DNA from: Balanoglossus misakiensis
Lineage: Eukaryota > Animalia > Hemichordata
Assembly (NCBI GenBank): GCA_040954595.2
Contig: CM082590.2
Location: forward strand, 5,456,001-5,520,000
DNA: 64,000 bases
Direction: 5' to 3'
The notes under the pieces were generated by a model that was given only the letters and a program-made list of their open reading frames with translations, ran no database searches and was not told the DNA's origin. This document shows, in pieces, positions 25,337 through 38,680 of this stretch. The number at the start of each line of letters is the position of its first letter. The stretch's first letter is position 1. A program made the translations under genes and the position numbers.

Positions 25337-25944
25337 CTGCTAACAATCCCCAACACCTGCAACAAATAATAAATAGTAAATATTAATTTATTATCATAGA
25401 CTGGTTGAGTTTAATGTTACCTATGGTACACTTACATTGTATTTTCCCTTTTAATCTGGTGGGTAGTTAGCTATCTGATGTACATTAACCATTGTAAAAC
25501 TCTAGGATCTGATAAACTTATTTTATCCAATAGACTTACAAAATGTGAAAATATTTCTATTTCTATGGGAGAAACATGGACCGGTACTCAGTTAACTAAT
25601 CATTATGGGGGACTAAAATTTCTACAAAGTTAAAATTATTCCTGTAATTATCACCTGACTATATATTATGTACATTGTAATTGCTAAACTATACCATTCA
25701 CTGGGTTTAGCTCCTTACTGGAAAATTGCCATTACAATTTATGCCCAGTTGTGGGTTTAAGAAAAATACACAGTGATAAAAACTGCAAAATTATTAATGA
25801 AGTTTTCAAAAGTTATTCCCTAAAATCATCAGACATAAGTACTAAATTATCACTTAAAGCTAAGCCTACTAATCATTACAAATTCAGCAGAATATTTAAG
25901 TTGCACGGCTGAGGGTTAATGAGAAAACAACACATTTCTTATTT

Positions 25945-26165
25945 ATCATTTTCATCATCATCATCATCATAATCATCATCATCATCACCATCATTGCCAT
26001 CATCATTGCCATCATCATCACCATCATCATCAACACCATCATCATCATCATCATCATCATCACCATCACAACCGTCATCAACATCAGTACAATCATCAAT
26101 GCCATCACCATAACAACTAGCAATAACAATTAACATCAACACTGCCAACACCATCACCAACATTA
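25945..26165. repeat. (CAT/CAC)n microsatellite
   Basis: Direct inspection. Confidence 0.95.
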
Positions 26166-26697
26166 ACAGGAATAAAATCAAAATGTTGAATGACCCATGA
26201 AAATCAGAAACTGTCAACCAACAGCATTCTACAAAGTCACTAGTTTATTAATCTAGCTGAGGTGATTGTATTATACTCTTAAATATTATATTTTTATTAT
26301 TATCAGTTTGTAAATTTTTAAGTCTAAGAATATTATAATATTAAAATTTCAAATGGCAATTTTTTATACACATAGCTGACATTATACACCAGTAATTCTG
26401 AATGTTCATTTACTAAATTACTGCAATTTCCAAAACAGCCAAACCTATATACATGTTATGTAAATTATTTTCCAATTTTCAAACAAGAGCTAACTTCACT
26501 GATGAAAAGGGGGAATTTAGACAATGAGCTATTGGTGAAACTGACTGGATGGTATTAAAACACAATTAAATACAGATCTGGAACATAAATGTTATACAAT
26601 GCAATGTTAAATCATATTATTTAATCTGGAAAGAAATCATGCATTTGAGACACATCAATTGTGATCACAATTACCAGTTCAATGCAAACACTGTCTG

Positions 26698-28200
26698 GAA
26701 GTTTTAATATCAAGCTACAGTACCTGAAACAAAAATTTGTAATCACTGACACCCCCATCATTATGAATCGCTGACACCCCCACCCCCATCATTATGAACA
26801 CCTTAGTTCACACAGGTTATTTGTTTACGATTGTGAAACACTGTTCACTTAAGAACACAAGCATAGTAGAATTATTAATGATAAAACACATCATGGTGCA
26901 GCATTTTAATACTGCAGATTAGTTCAAAGTTTTCATATCAAGCTACAGTACCTGAAACAAAAAATTGTAATCACTTACACCCCCCACCCCTGACACCCCC
27001 ACCCCTCTTCATTATCAATTAGAACACTTGGCTTCACACTGGTTGTTTGTTTACGATTGTGAAACACTGTTCACTTAATATGGTGCAGCATTTTAACACT
27101 GCAGGTTAGTTCAAAGTTTTCATATCAAGCTACAGTACCTGAAACAAAAATTTTTAATCACTGACACCCTCCACCCCTGACACCCCCCACCCCCATCATT
27201 ATCAATTAGAACACTTGGCTTCACACCGGTTGTTTATTTACGATTATGAAACACTGTTTACTTAATAACACAAGCATAGTAAAATTATTAATGATTATAA
27301 AACACATCATCGTGCAGCATTTTATTAATACTGCAGGTTAGTTCAAAGTTTTCATATCACGCTACAGTACCTGAAACAAAAATTTATTATGGCTGACACC
27401 CCCCACCCCCAATCATTATCAATTACAACACTTGGCTTCACACTGGTTGTTTGTTTACGATTGTGAAACACTGTTCACTAAATATGGTGCAGCATTTTAA
27501 TACTGCAGGTTAGTTTAAAGTTTTCATATCAAGCTACAGTACCTGAAACAGAAATTTGTAATCACTTACACCCCCCACCCCTGACAACCCCCACCCCCGA
27601 TCATTACCACACTGGCTGTTTGTTTACGATTGTGAAACAATGTTTACTTAATAACACAAGCATAGTAAAATTATAAATGATTATAAAACACATCATGGTG
27701 CAGCATTTTAATACTGCAGATTAGTTCAAAGTTTTCATAAAAAGCTACAGTACCTGAAACAAAAATGTGTAATCGCTGACACCCCCCACCCCTAACACCC
27801 CCACCCCCGATCATTACCACACTGGCTGTTTGGTTGCGATTGTGAAACACTGTTCACTTAATAACACAAGCTTGGTAAAAATTTTCATGAAATTAATCAC
27901 ATCATGGAGCAGCATTTTAATACTGCAGGTTAGTTTAAAGTTTTCATATCAAGCTACAGTACCTGAAACAAAAATTTTTAATCGCTGACACCCCCTACCC
28001 CATTATTATGAACACCTTGGTTCACACAGGTTGTTTGTTTACGATTGTGAAACACTGTTCACTTAAGAACACATGCTTGGTTAAATTAATGAAATTAATC
28101 ACATCATGGTGCAGCATTTTAATACTGCAGGTTAGTTTAAAGTTCTCATATCAAGCTACAGTACCTGACACAAAAATTTGTAATCACTGACAACCCCCTT
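26698..28200. repeat. About 140-185 bp modular tandem repeat, about 9 units
   Basis: aagttttcatatcaagctacagtacctgaaacaaaaa recurs with optional internal modules. Confidence 0.93.
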
Positions 28201-28464
28201 CCCCTATCAATTCCATAGTGTAATATTATTAACTAGTTTGATAAATCAGAAACTTCTGAGTGCGTGGTTACTTATACGGTATTTCATGTTTGAGAGTGCA
28301 AGGTTATGACATCCCCAAATCTGACTGGCCAGGTCAGAATGGGAACACCCACATGTGTGCAAGTTTTAATAAAATACACCTGAGAGCATGACTGCACCCA
28401 GCAGATCACCCATTTACAAAGCTTTGTGTCATTACATGTGAGTATGATATTTCTATTTTTATAA

Positions 28465-28471
28465 GTATCAC

Positions 28472-28503
<32 letters not shown>

Positions 28504-29062
28504 CCACCATCATCATCATCATCATCATCATCATCAGTATCACCATCTAAACCATCATTATCACCATCTAAACCATTATTATCACCATCACCATCACCAT
28601 CAGTATCACCATCATCACCATCAGTATCACCATCACTACCACTATTATCACCATCATTATCACCATCACCACCATTTTTATCACCATCATCACCATCAGT
28701 ATCACCATATCTACCATCATTATCACCATCACCACCATTATTATCACCATCATCACCATCATCATCACCATCACCACCATTATTATCATCATCATCACCA
28801 CCACTATTATCACCATCAGTATCACCATCACCACCATTATTATCACCATCATCACCATCATCATCACCATCACCACCATTATTATCATCATCATCACCAT
28901 CACCACCACTATTATCACCATCAGTATCACCATCACCACCATTATTATCACCATCATCACCATCATCATCACCATCACCACCATTATTATCTTAATCAGT
29001 ATCACCAGTACCACCAGATTCACCATCATTGTCATCACTATTATCACCACCAGTATTATCAT
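28465..29062. repeat. Degenerate (CAT/CAC/TAT)n tract
   Basis: Direct inspection. Confidence 0.95.
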
Positions 29063-29849
29063 ATTCAACACCGCTATGTTACAGTTAAAACTGCTGTACC
29101 AGTTAGTACAGATCTCCATTTACCATGGTAACTGTATTTAAATTTGCATGCATGCATTTTGTCTGAAACACAGATGAACCCGTTACATGATATATTTTAC
29201 ATGTCAAGCAAAATGGCTGCTACATTTGTACATTAAAATGATACTAGGCAACAGGGATTCATATGAAGTGCATTCCTAGAAAAAAAGAAAACTGTATTTA
29301 ATTCATTTAATAACAGGCATATCAATGATATTTATCTATACCAGTCATAAATTTTCACCAACAGCTCTATGTACTAGGATCATTTTACCCTGGTTTGTAC
29401 AAACACATTTGCTTTGAAAAACCCTGTACACAGAATCACAAAGTATGTAATGCCAACTATGCATAAACATTAGGCTACCAATTCTGATGAATATTTTAGA
29501 TGAATGTGACTGATTGTCTGGATGAAAATACATCTCTGTGTAACGTATATTTATGGTTAAATTAAACCTTTACTAACATTATTATTTCTGTTATTTTATA
29601 CCACTACAACCACAATGCCAAAGCTAACGCTAGTAACAGATACAACATTACACCCATTATTCTGGAGTAAATTAAGACCACTAAGAAACAAATATTAACC
29701 ACCTATACCACTCAAGACATATTCATTCTCCAACCTATTGCGTCTCAAAGTATCCTGAAGATTCACCAAAACCAAACAATACCACATTGACATATGCTCT
29801 GCAGAAACTACTATTATTGGTGTCTTTCTTACACAGATATAAAAAACTA

Positions 29850-29970
29850 ATCATCATCATCATTGTTACTGTTTTTGTAACATCTTCATCATCATCATTG
29901 TCATCATCATCCTCATTATAATCATCATCATTATCATCATCATCACAATCATCATTATCATCATCATCAT
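29850..29970. repeat. (CAT)n microsatellite
   Basis: Direct inspection. Confidence 0.9.
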
Positions 29971-30965
29971 GTAGTCATTATTTTTAGTTATTTTATTATC
30001 ATCCTCCTATTATTCATCCTATTTTTCCTAATCATTTTTTCTTTCTCATATTACATTTGTCTTTCAATTGTGATTGATTTTAAGAATATTACTGCTCCAA
30101 TTTCAATGTGACTGGTGTGATCATCCTCTTTGCCGTTATTTGCATTTGAACATCATGAAGTTAATCCAAACTGAATAGCAGATGCCTACCATGTCGTTTT
30201 AATCCTCCCTACCTTAAATAGGTTTTAAGCTACCTAAGTGAGTGATGAAAATCTCATAATCTGTCCTGTCGATTTTTGCCATGTTTAAGAAATGGGAGTT
30301 CATGAGCTAAAGTGATGTTGAGTCTTTCTGAATCTTTGTAACAGAAAAAATAACAAAATGTGAAAAAAGTTTAATGAGTTTGATATGTTAAGTACAAAGA
30401 CAGACATGTTTGACCAAAGGAAGTCATAACATACAGTAAACATATCATTTATTCTATCTCTTACTACAGTGAGTTGTCTGCTTTTTACCCAGAATGCAAT
30501 TATTATAATGTGATTTGACCCCCTAGCACAAAGTGAACACCTATTAAAGGCAGCCAGAATTCTGCACCATCTGCCAATTATGCAATATTTAAGCTGTCAA
30601 GTAAAACACTAAAGTAAATTGTATAACAATTTTACTTCCCTGCTCAAAGATCGGCTGCAATAATGTACACCCATTTCTGTAATCTTCAACTTTTTCCCAC
30701 AAGTCCTGTCGGCTAGATCACATGGAAAGTTCCTCCTGCAATTTAAGAACGTTGAAAACAATTTTGAGCACAAAATCAAAACTTTCAAAAAATATAGAAA
30801 TCATGGGTAAGAGGAACTCATATGTTTTCATCTTCAAATTTGTATACAGTTGTTTATAAAACTGTTGCCAGTTCTCATCCACATATAAAAATGAGATAAC
30901 TACAGAGCCTTATATTATAATCCTAAATTTTAAAATTTAGGAGAACATTTACTCTAGTTCTAAGC

Positions 30966-31331
30966 AGGAAAGTTAAAGGACAAAGTCTCTCTTTGCTACC
31001 CTTTTCCCATTAATTATGTTTGATACAAGACACCGTTTATGTTAATGTATATGTGGATATATAGTGAATCAACGTTCAACCACACACACCTTCCATCCCG
31101 CTTGTAGACATGAGAGTGAAAAACTCGCCAAAATGAATAATCAGTGTCTACCATTTATTCATTTTGGGTGAGCTTCCACTCTCATATCATACAAGTGGTA
31201 TGGAATGTGTGTGTTGTTGAACGTACATTCACTACATATACAAATGTTCATTAACATAAACAGTGTGTTGTATCAAACCTAATTAATGGGGAAAGGGCAG
31301 GGAGAGAGAGACTTTGTCCGTTTAACTTCCT
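30966..31331. mobile_element. About 365-bp palindromic (foldback) MITE
   Basis: aggaaagttaaaggacaaagtctctct ... agagagactttgtccgtttaacttcct; arms pair imperfectly all the way to a centre near 31146. Confidence 0.85.
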
Positions 31332-32114
31332 AGGCTGAGAATGCAGAAATACTTGAATAGACACAGACATGGTCAATTGTCAATAGTCTCCTCAGTAAAA
31401 GCCCAGAAAATGTTACCACAGGCAGTTCAACATTAAGATGATACAGTTGGTGTTTGAATCAAGGGTGCTATTCTTTTAAACTTTATGCAAATGTGCAACT
31501 CAGATCATTGACTCAGAACAGCAGCTCACATTGTAAAATATTGGAAAATGCTTCACAAATCATCATTGATAATCATGATCACACCGAAAAAAGATTAGAT
31601 AGCACAATTTTATTCCTACACTTTACATGGGGTGTAGTTGCAGTGCAGTGTACAGACTAAAACTGCAATGGAATTCTCTGCAATTCTTACTCTCAATCTT
31701 GCCTTACTTTATGAATATTTTGTATACTAGTATGATTGTCATAATGGCAACAGAAAAAATGTCCCTCTCATTATCAAAAGGCCCTTAAAGTGGAGACCAC
31801 CGGCAAAAATGACGTCAAATCTCTGATCCTAGATTCACCACTGCACAAACACACATTGTGGCGCTGTGGAAAAAATCATATTGACAGGCTAAAAATATTG
31901 TGTATGGAGACATTTACATAACCAAAACAAAAAAGTCCCTCTAGTTATACAAAGTATGTTATCAGTGACCAGATGTGTTTGCCAACCTTTATATGCCAAG
32001 ATTCAGAAGCGCAGCTGCAGCTGTTTCTGAGATCTAGGTGAACAAAAAATTAAAATGACTCAAGAAAAAAGAAGAAAAAACTCCAGTAATTACAGTAGGG
32101 ACCCAAGCGTCTAA

Positions 32115-32930
32115 TTAAGACCCAAAACACCAAAAATTGCCCTAAGAACACAAATTTCAACAACACTTTTCATTACCTACTTGAGTTCCCACATGATAAT
32201 TCCCACAAAATGTCACAGCAATATTGCTTCAAAAGTGGTAAAAACACAAGAATGCAAATATCACCAGAATTGTACAATGTCTTACTTAAATCACCATAAG
32301 GAATATGCCTACAAAAATTCAAAGCAATCTGACAAACGGTTTCATAGAAAACAATTGTTTGCGCAAAATCCCCCAAAATTGCCCCAAGAACACAAATATG
32401 GAAATTTCACCAACAAGGTATGTACGACAGCTTACTTTGGTTATCCCAAGGAACATGCCTACCAAAATCCTAATGATTCTGGACAAGAGGTTTCAGAGAA
32501 ATGATTTTTTACCAAAAATCATAAAAATTACCCAAAAATTACAAATATGCAAATTATGCAACAAACTGGAAAAAATGACTTAGATTACCTATTTGAAGCT
32601 TCATAATAAATTTTAAAGCAATCAACCCATGATTGTTTACAGTCTATAATATAAAAAAAGACTAAAATCTTCATAAAAATAGAAAATTCATGATATTAAC
32701 TAAAAACTTTGAGGACTGTGTGAGGTTCAGTGGTTGACATAAGGTACATGCATACCAATTTTCAAAGCAATTTGCCCAATAGTTGTTGAGTTTGAGAGTT
32801 TTGACCAATTTCACATTTTCAAGCTAATTTGCATATTTTTGAGAATGACAACTTCGTTTATATCTAGGTGATATGGCAAGTGGTTTCCAAGTTTTTTATT
32901 TGGAATGACATACATACCATGGGACCTAAA
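32115..32930 (-). mobile_element. HINE-like element, same family as 11229-11588, inverted
   Basis: Ends ...taccatgggacctaaa; shares gcataccaatt..aaagcaat, aatttcacatttt..agctaatttgcatatttt; internal diverged repeats; left boundary approximate. Confidence 0.6.
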
Positions 32931-34137
32931 CACAACGTTTCAGTCAACTTTATGAGCGTTGCTACTCTAGTGAAATTCAAATTGTAATTGCTCGGATAGA
33001 AATTTGTCTAGCCATGCTTTATATGGATAGTTTTGGTTTGCTATGGAACTGCTGACTATTTGGCTTGTTGTATGAATACGACTATGAGTAAACATTCATA
33101 CAAACTCGTTATTATGATATAAAAAGCCTAAAAATGCATCTGAAACCAAATTTTTCGCTTACTATGAATATGTGTTATAAAATTGAATCCTTCGTCAATG
33201 CTGGCCGGGGTCACAAATTATGTCACGGCATGTTTTTTCGTAAACACGATATTAAATTTAATCAAATAGGACCTAATGTACTCACTGAAACGTTCAAGTC
33301 GACCAACGATATTCCATGCACACTGTGTAACATCTTCAGAGGGACTCCAGCATAAAATTTGGATTCAAACGCGCACACAAATCATAATATTCTCGACAGA
33401 GAGATAAAGTCCGCCATGACACCTTGTGACGCAATCGTGTAAGATTCCATTACGATGGACAACTTCCACTGCCTGCGCCAGAACTACACAAGAAAATTGA
33501 ACTGTTCATGATAAAACTTGCACCTGGACCTCTGGCGAATACTTGGAACCAGTATTTCAGGAATAATATTCCATTTTGAGGGCTTCGCGCTCCATTCAAT
33601 CCGAGCGATGGAAGTCAGAAGTTCAAATCGCCGCGCCATGACACCACGACTATACAGCGCCCCCAACGCCACCTTTTGTTTTTGTCTCTTCACAGCTCCG
33701 AGTCAGCTGGCTCCAAGTACGAGTGTTCATTGCAAGCCGTGTAATATATAAGGCCTGATGGCCCAGACTGCTATGAAAGTTTCCCCGGGCAGTGTATCTA
33801 ATACAGCGGATGTTATATAGCGATTCCCTTTCGCTACAGTCACGGTGACGAGCAAAGCCATCCTTTCCTTTTAGCGTATAGCGCAGTCAGCGTGGGAATG
33901 GGCGGGGGAACAGACCAGTACTGGAAAGTAAAACTGTAAAAGTAAAACGTCTTTTCATATTTTAATAGACGAACTCTGAAAAAGTTTTATTCCCAAACAT
34001 GAATTTTGAGATATTTAAAACTTGTATTTGATAGCAATTTAGGCCACCACTGGCCTGGCTACAGAATCAACATTTTTTCACACTGAGTAGGCTCTGCACT
34101 ATCTGATGCGTAACATTATGTTATGTAACTCGGGAAT

Positions 34138-35142
34138 TAGTGGGGCAGTTAACCAAAAAATCGTGCACGTTGGGTTAAAAGCATCAAACTTGGTACACTT
34201 ATGCATTGACCCATGGCGGCCATTTTATGATATGGATCCAAAATGACAGCGCCCTCTAGTGGCCAGAAACTGACATTCACACTTTTTCCCCCATTAATGG
34301 CACTGTTTGGTCATTTGTAACACTCAGAAACAGGAATGTGGGTTGTAAAGCATGCTTGCTACCATACATTCATGTGTATATTATCCTAATCCTGATATTA
34401 TTAGAGTGTAAACATCTTCTGCATCTAAACGACCCGTTTTCAGAAATTCGAGTATGATACGATTATAACCAAATTTCTTCCAGGAATTCTGAGTTTAAAT
34501 TCCAACACACTGTTTAGTAACATCCCATGGGAAATGAATCAGCATTTAGGATAAACTATTTGCAAGCCACTGAAAAGACTGGAAAGACAGATGCGCCCTC
34601 ATTGGTGTATTGAATGATTGATTTTCCTTTATCTAGTTTCCTTTCGTGTAAATTTTTTTGAGTGTTCGTAATTTTCTGTTTGATGTTTATTTTTCCCTTT
34701 GGTGTTTTGCTTTTAACTGTCACAGAGGTTATTAATAAAACGTCACAGATTTTTCCTTATTGGCCTCGCTTTGAGTTTAAATTCATAATGGCTGTGTGAG
34801 GGCGCTAGACTTACGAAAAGGGTGTACACCAGTCAGGGTTCTAAGTTGGACTTGTCTGGTCCCCTGCCCCATTTCTGTAGCATGGCTTCATTGTGTTACA
34901 TGAAAAGGGTCAGGTAAGGGAAAAACCATTCGATTTCAGGGGGGTTAAGGATTTGGGTATGTGACCCAGTTATTTTCACCAACTGTATATATATATGTCT
35001 ACATAATTTTTTCTATTGCCAGACATACTTTTTTTTTCTCAATGCATTGCAGAAAGTATACTCATCCCAGAAATCAAATACGTCTACCAAGTTTCATGCC
35101 TTTAACCCAAAGTGCACGATTTTTTGGTTAACTGCCCCACTA
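34138..35142. mobile_element. Academ-like ends of the 7730-9005 family
   Basis: 34138-34397 matches the reverse complement of 9005-8619 with one subrepeat; 35086-35142 is a short inverted end; flanks do not form a TSD. Confidence 0.8.
34915..35079. mobile_element. Small MITE-like remnant
   Basis: taagggaaaaaccattcgatttcagggggg ... cccagaaatcaaat form an imperfect inverted repeat, cut at the junction with the Academ-like end. Confidence 0.4.
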
Positions 35143-35159
35143 CTAGCGTAACCGCTTAA

Positions 35160-35467
35160 AGCCCCTAGAGCTGCCAAATTTCACGGATTTTCTTCCACAG
35201 TAAAACACTTCAAATATATTCCCTATTCTCTAAAATCCTCACCATTAAGCCATATTACTTGCATTTGCATCAGTTTGTCATCTCTTGGTGATGCATACCA
35301 CGATAGCTGCGTACTGTTTGTATGGAGGCTGATTAAACTGTTTTAATACATAGCATTTTCAAATTGCTACATACAGCCATAATCGGGCATCGGTAAAGTG
35401 TTCACATATACATATCAGTAAAATAAAAATTGTGAAAATAATGCAAAAAGTGGCAGCTATAGAGGCT
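35160..35467. mobile_element. Kolobok-like MITE (paralogue of 11620-11926)
   Basis: Same TIRs and TTAA flanks. Confidence 0.85.
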
Positions 35468-36897
35468 TTAATGTATTTCCCCATGTTTTAGGTCTCCATG
35501 TTGATTCACAATTTCATGTCAACAAGTTCACATTCTACCACCACATCACATCTACACATCAACTATCACTGTGATAGAAGCTACCATTTTCAAGTTAAAG
35601 ATATACAGTCACAGCCAATTTACATACACCCATATATGGCTGAAATAGAGTATTTGCGGGTTCTAAATAAAATATGGCAGCGCTCTTTTTTTCGCATGTG
35701 CCACCAACTGAAAATCTGTGATTGGCTAGATCTCAAGTTAACATGGTAACTGTAGCTAAATTTCCATATACATGACCGTATACCTTCTCTACACCTACTG
35801 TTGACTGACACACACAATCCCCTAACTCTCAACACATACATACAAAGACCCAACCCACTCCACGTGTAGTCTCCATGGCCATGCCACCTGGCCTGCAGGC
35901 GACCACATCCAAAAGCATACACACACACAATACATGTCAATTTTACATGAGGAGCGGCTCATGTACTTTATTCTAAACTTGAATGATATATAAACTGAAA
36001 ATTTACCCCGCACCAAAACCCAGAGATAAAACCCTTTTTTCAGGATAAGGGGAAAAAACTCTGGGAAAGCGTAGGTAATTCACCAACTTTACAAAAAATT
36101 CTATTTCTAAATTCATGCCTCTTTGAAAACCCTACTTTCAAGTGAAGATGCTAATCTGTTACACAAAATAGCAGGTTCACAGAAAGAAAATGTTGGAAGT
36201 CTTTACAATACCAAGCAAAATTTGGTATTGTAGGTCTAAACTAAAACTGACAAAAATTAATATTTCATCTCTGAATGAATAAAGTGTTCTCAATAAATCA
36301 TAATAGGTTTGGTGTTACACTGTTCTAAATGTAGCATTTACAATTAAAGGGCAACTACCTGTAATTTTTGGTACAGAATTGTTATTATTGACAAATGCAT
36401 TCAATTGACTTGAATACAATTGTTAACAATAACAATGCTGATTATGCATACCAGAAATCGTGGTGCATACATAGACCAAAATTACGTACTGAAAAATTTG
36501 TCAAATGTAACACATAGTGGACCTTAATGTCTATAAGAATAAATCTCAAACAATGTCACGTGAATGTAAAATCTTAAATTTCATATTTAAATACAAAAAG
36601 AATAAAGTCATACTATTGAACACTGCACACAGCAGTTGAGTCTAAAGTGACTAATGTACTGGGGGCGATCCCAAACAGAAACGGGTCATATAGTCATAAA
36701 TATCCCCCACCCATTCTCCTTGGGATGGCTCCTGTGATAAAATGAAACTGTGCTGGACTTGAAGAGATATACGCAGGAAACCTCATCAGTTACAGCCACT
36801 GCGAAGACTTCATTGATGATCCCCAAAAATTGGGGGGAAATGTAGATGAATGTTGAAATCTTCAAAAGCAAATTGAAAGTATTTTACTGTCAAAAAA

Positions 36898-37915
36898 GTG
36901 TAAATAATGTGTTGCCTGTAAGCCATGATGCATGATCTCCATGCCATTCAATTTATGAGCAAATTTACTGATTTACTACCCTCCCCCCAAAAAACAAACA
37001 AAACAATTATGAATATATGGCTTCTGCAAACACATTATTTAGCAAATTAAAATCTTATCTGATAACGTCACTTGAAAATGTGAAAGACCCTCTTAAATTG
37101 AGGAAAAAGAGGAATGTTCAAATGTAAAATAACTGAATACTAAATATGTATAAAATAGAGAAAACTTCTTGAAAAGAAGTATATCATTGTAAATAATGTG
37201 TTGCCTGTAAGCCATGATGCATGATCTCCATGCCATTCAATTTATGAGCGAATTTACTGATTTACTACCCTCCCCCCAAAATACAAACAAAACAATTATG
37301 AATATATGGCTTCTGCAAACACATTATTTAGCAAATTAAAATCTTATCTGATAAAGTCACTTGAAAATGTGAAAGACCCTCTTAAATTGAGGAAAAAGAG
37401 GAATGTTCAAATGTAAAATAACTGAATACTAAATATGTATAAAATAGAGAAAACTTCTTGAAAAGAAGTATATCATTGTAAATAATGTGTTGCCTGTAAG
37501 CCATGATGCATGATCTCCATGCCATTCAATTTATGAGCAAATTTACTGATTTACTACCCTCCCCCGAAATACAAACAAAACAATTATGAATTTATGGCTT
37601 CTGCAAACACATTATTTAGCAAATTAAAATCTTATCTGATAAAGTCACTTGAAAATGTGAAAAACCCTCTTAAATTGAGGAAAAAGAGGAATGTTAAAAT
37701 GTAAAATAACTGAAAACTAAATGTGTATAAAACAGAGAAAACTTCTTGAAAAGAAGTATATCATTGTAAATAATGTGTTGCCTGTAAGCCACGATGCATG
37801 ATCTCCATGCCATTCAATTTTTTAGCGAATTTACTGCCCCCCCCCCCCCAAAAAAAAAATACAATCAAAACAAAACAATTATGAATACATGGCTTCTGCA
37901 AACACATTATTTATG
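36898..37915. repeat. About 289-bp tandem repeat, about 3.5 units
   Basis: Paralogue of 13366-14746. Confidence 0.92.
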
Positions 37916-38680
37916 TATTTAAAAAGAAAAAAAATTCATCAAAAATCAAAGCACTATAAACCTTGTAATCACACAATGCATATACATGCAACGATGCAAA
38001 TGCATTAAAAGTGTGATATAAAAATACTTAATTATGTCAAGTAAAGGCAAAATCATTAAGGTAATATTAAAGAACCTACTTGTGCACTGAGTCTGTTGAT
38101 TGGGGCCGTCGTTGTGTGGGACTCGCTAGCAATGTGGGGAAAATCTATTGATTATCGACAGACTCAGTGGGCAAGACGTGACCATAAAATAGATATACCA
38201 ACATATCGAACTGTTGAATACTACGCAAACAAAAAAACCCCCAACTAATGAACTGATCCCAGGAAACTACACTGGACTTGAAGGATCTATTGCAAGTTTT
38301 AGTGGACTTGAAGTATTTATTGATAAAATTTTCTCATCATGAAATTAAGTTAGTCATGCTAAACTATGGTATTATAAAAACATATTGCAATTAAAACCTT
38401 CTCATCTGTTATAGCCATTGGAAAAATTCATTAAAGACATACCCTAAAAAAATAGGAAAAAGAACACAGACAGATAATAAAATCCTAAAAATGTTAAAAT
38501 GCACACACATACATACCGTATTCTTTATTTATAATATGGGAAAGTACAACTGAGCAAGCGACAGTCGCGCGCGCGCAAAAACATAAATTGCTTGAAGACG
38601 GACTGCAATCTTGGGATTCTTGGGATCTTGTAGAGAACCAGCTTCATCAGATGACCAAAAACATCCTAGGCGCGGATAGA

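Larger units (their letters stand above)
11589..35128 (+). repeat. Tandem segmental duplication, copy 1 (about 23.5 kb)
   Basis: 11589-32749 is colinear and nearly identical to 35129-64000 apart from array sizes and indels; 32750-35128 is assumed to be part of the unit. Confidence 0.93.

Noticed and set aside
26698-28200. Recursive splice sites (ttttgtttcag|gtactg on -) in each repeat unit
   Set aside because: The donor half is weak and no host transcript is established
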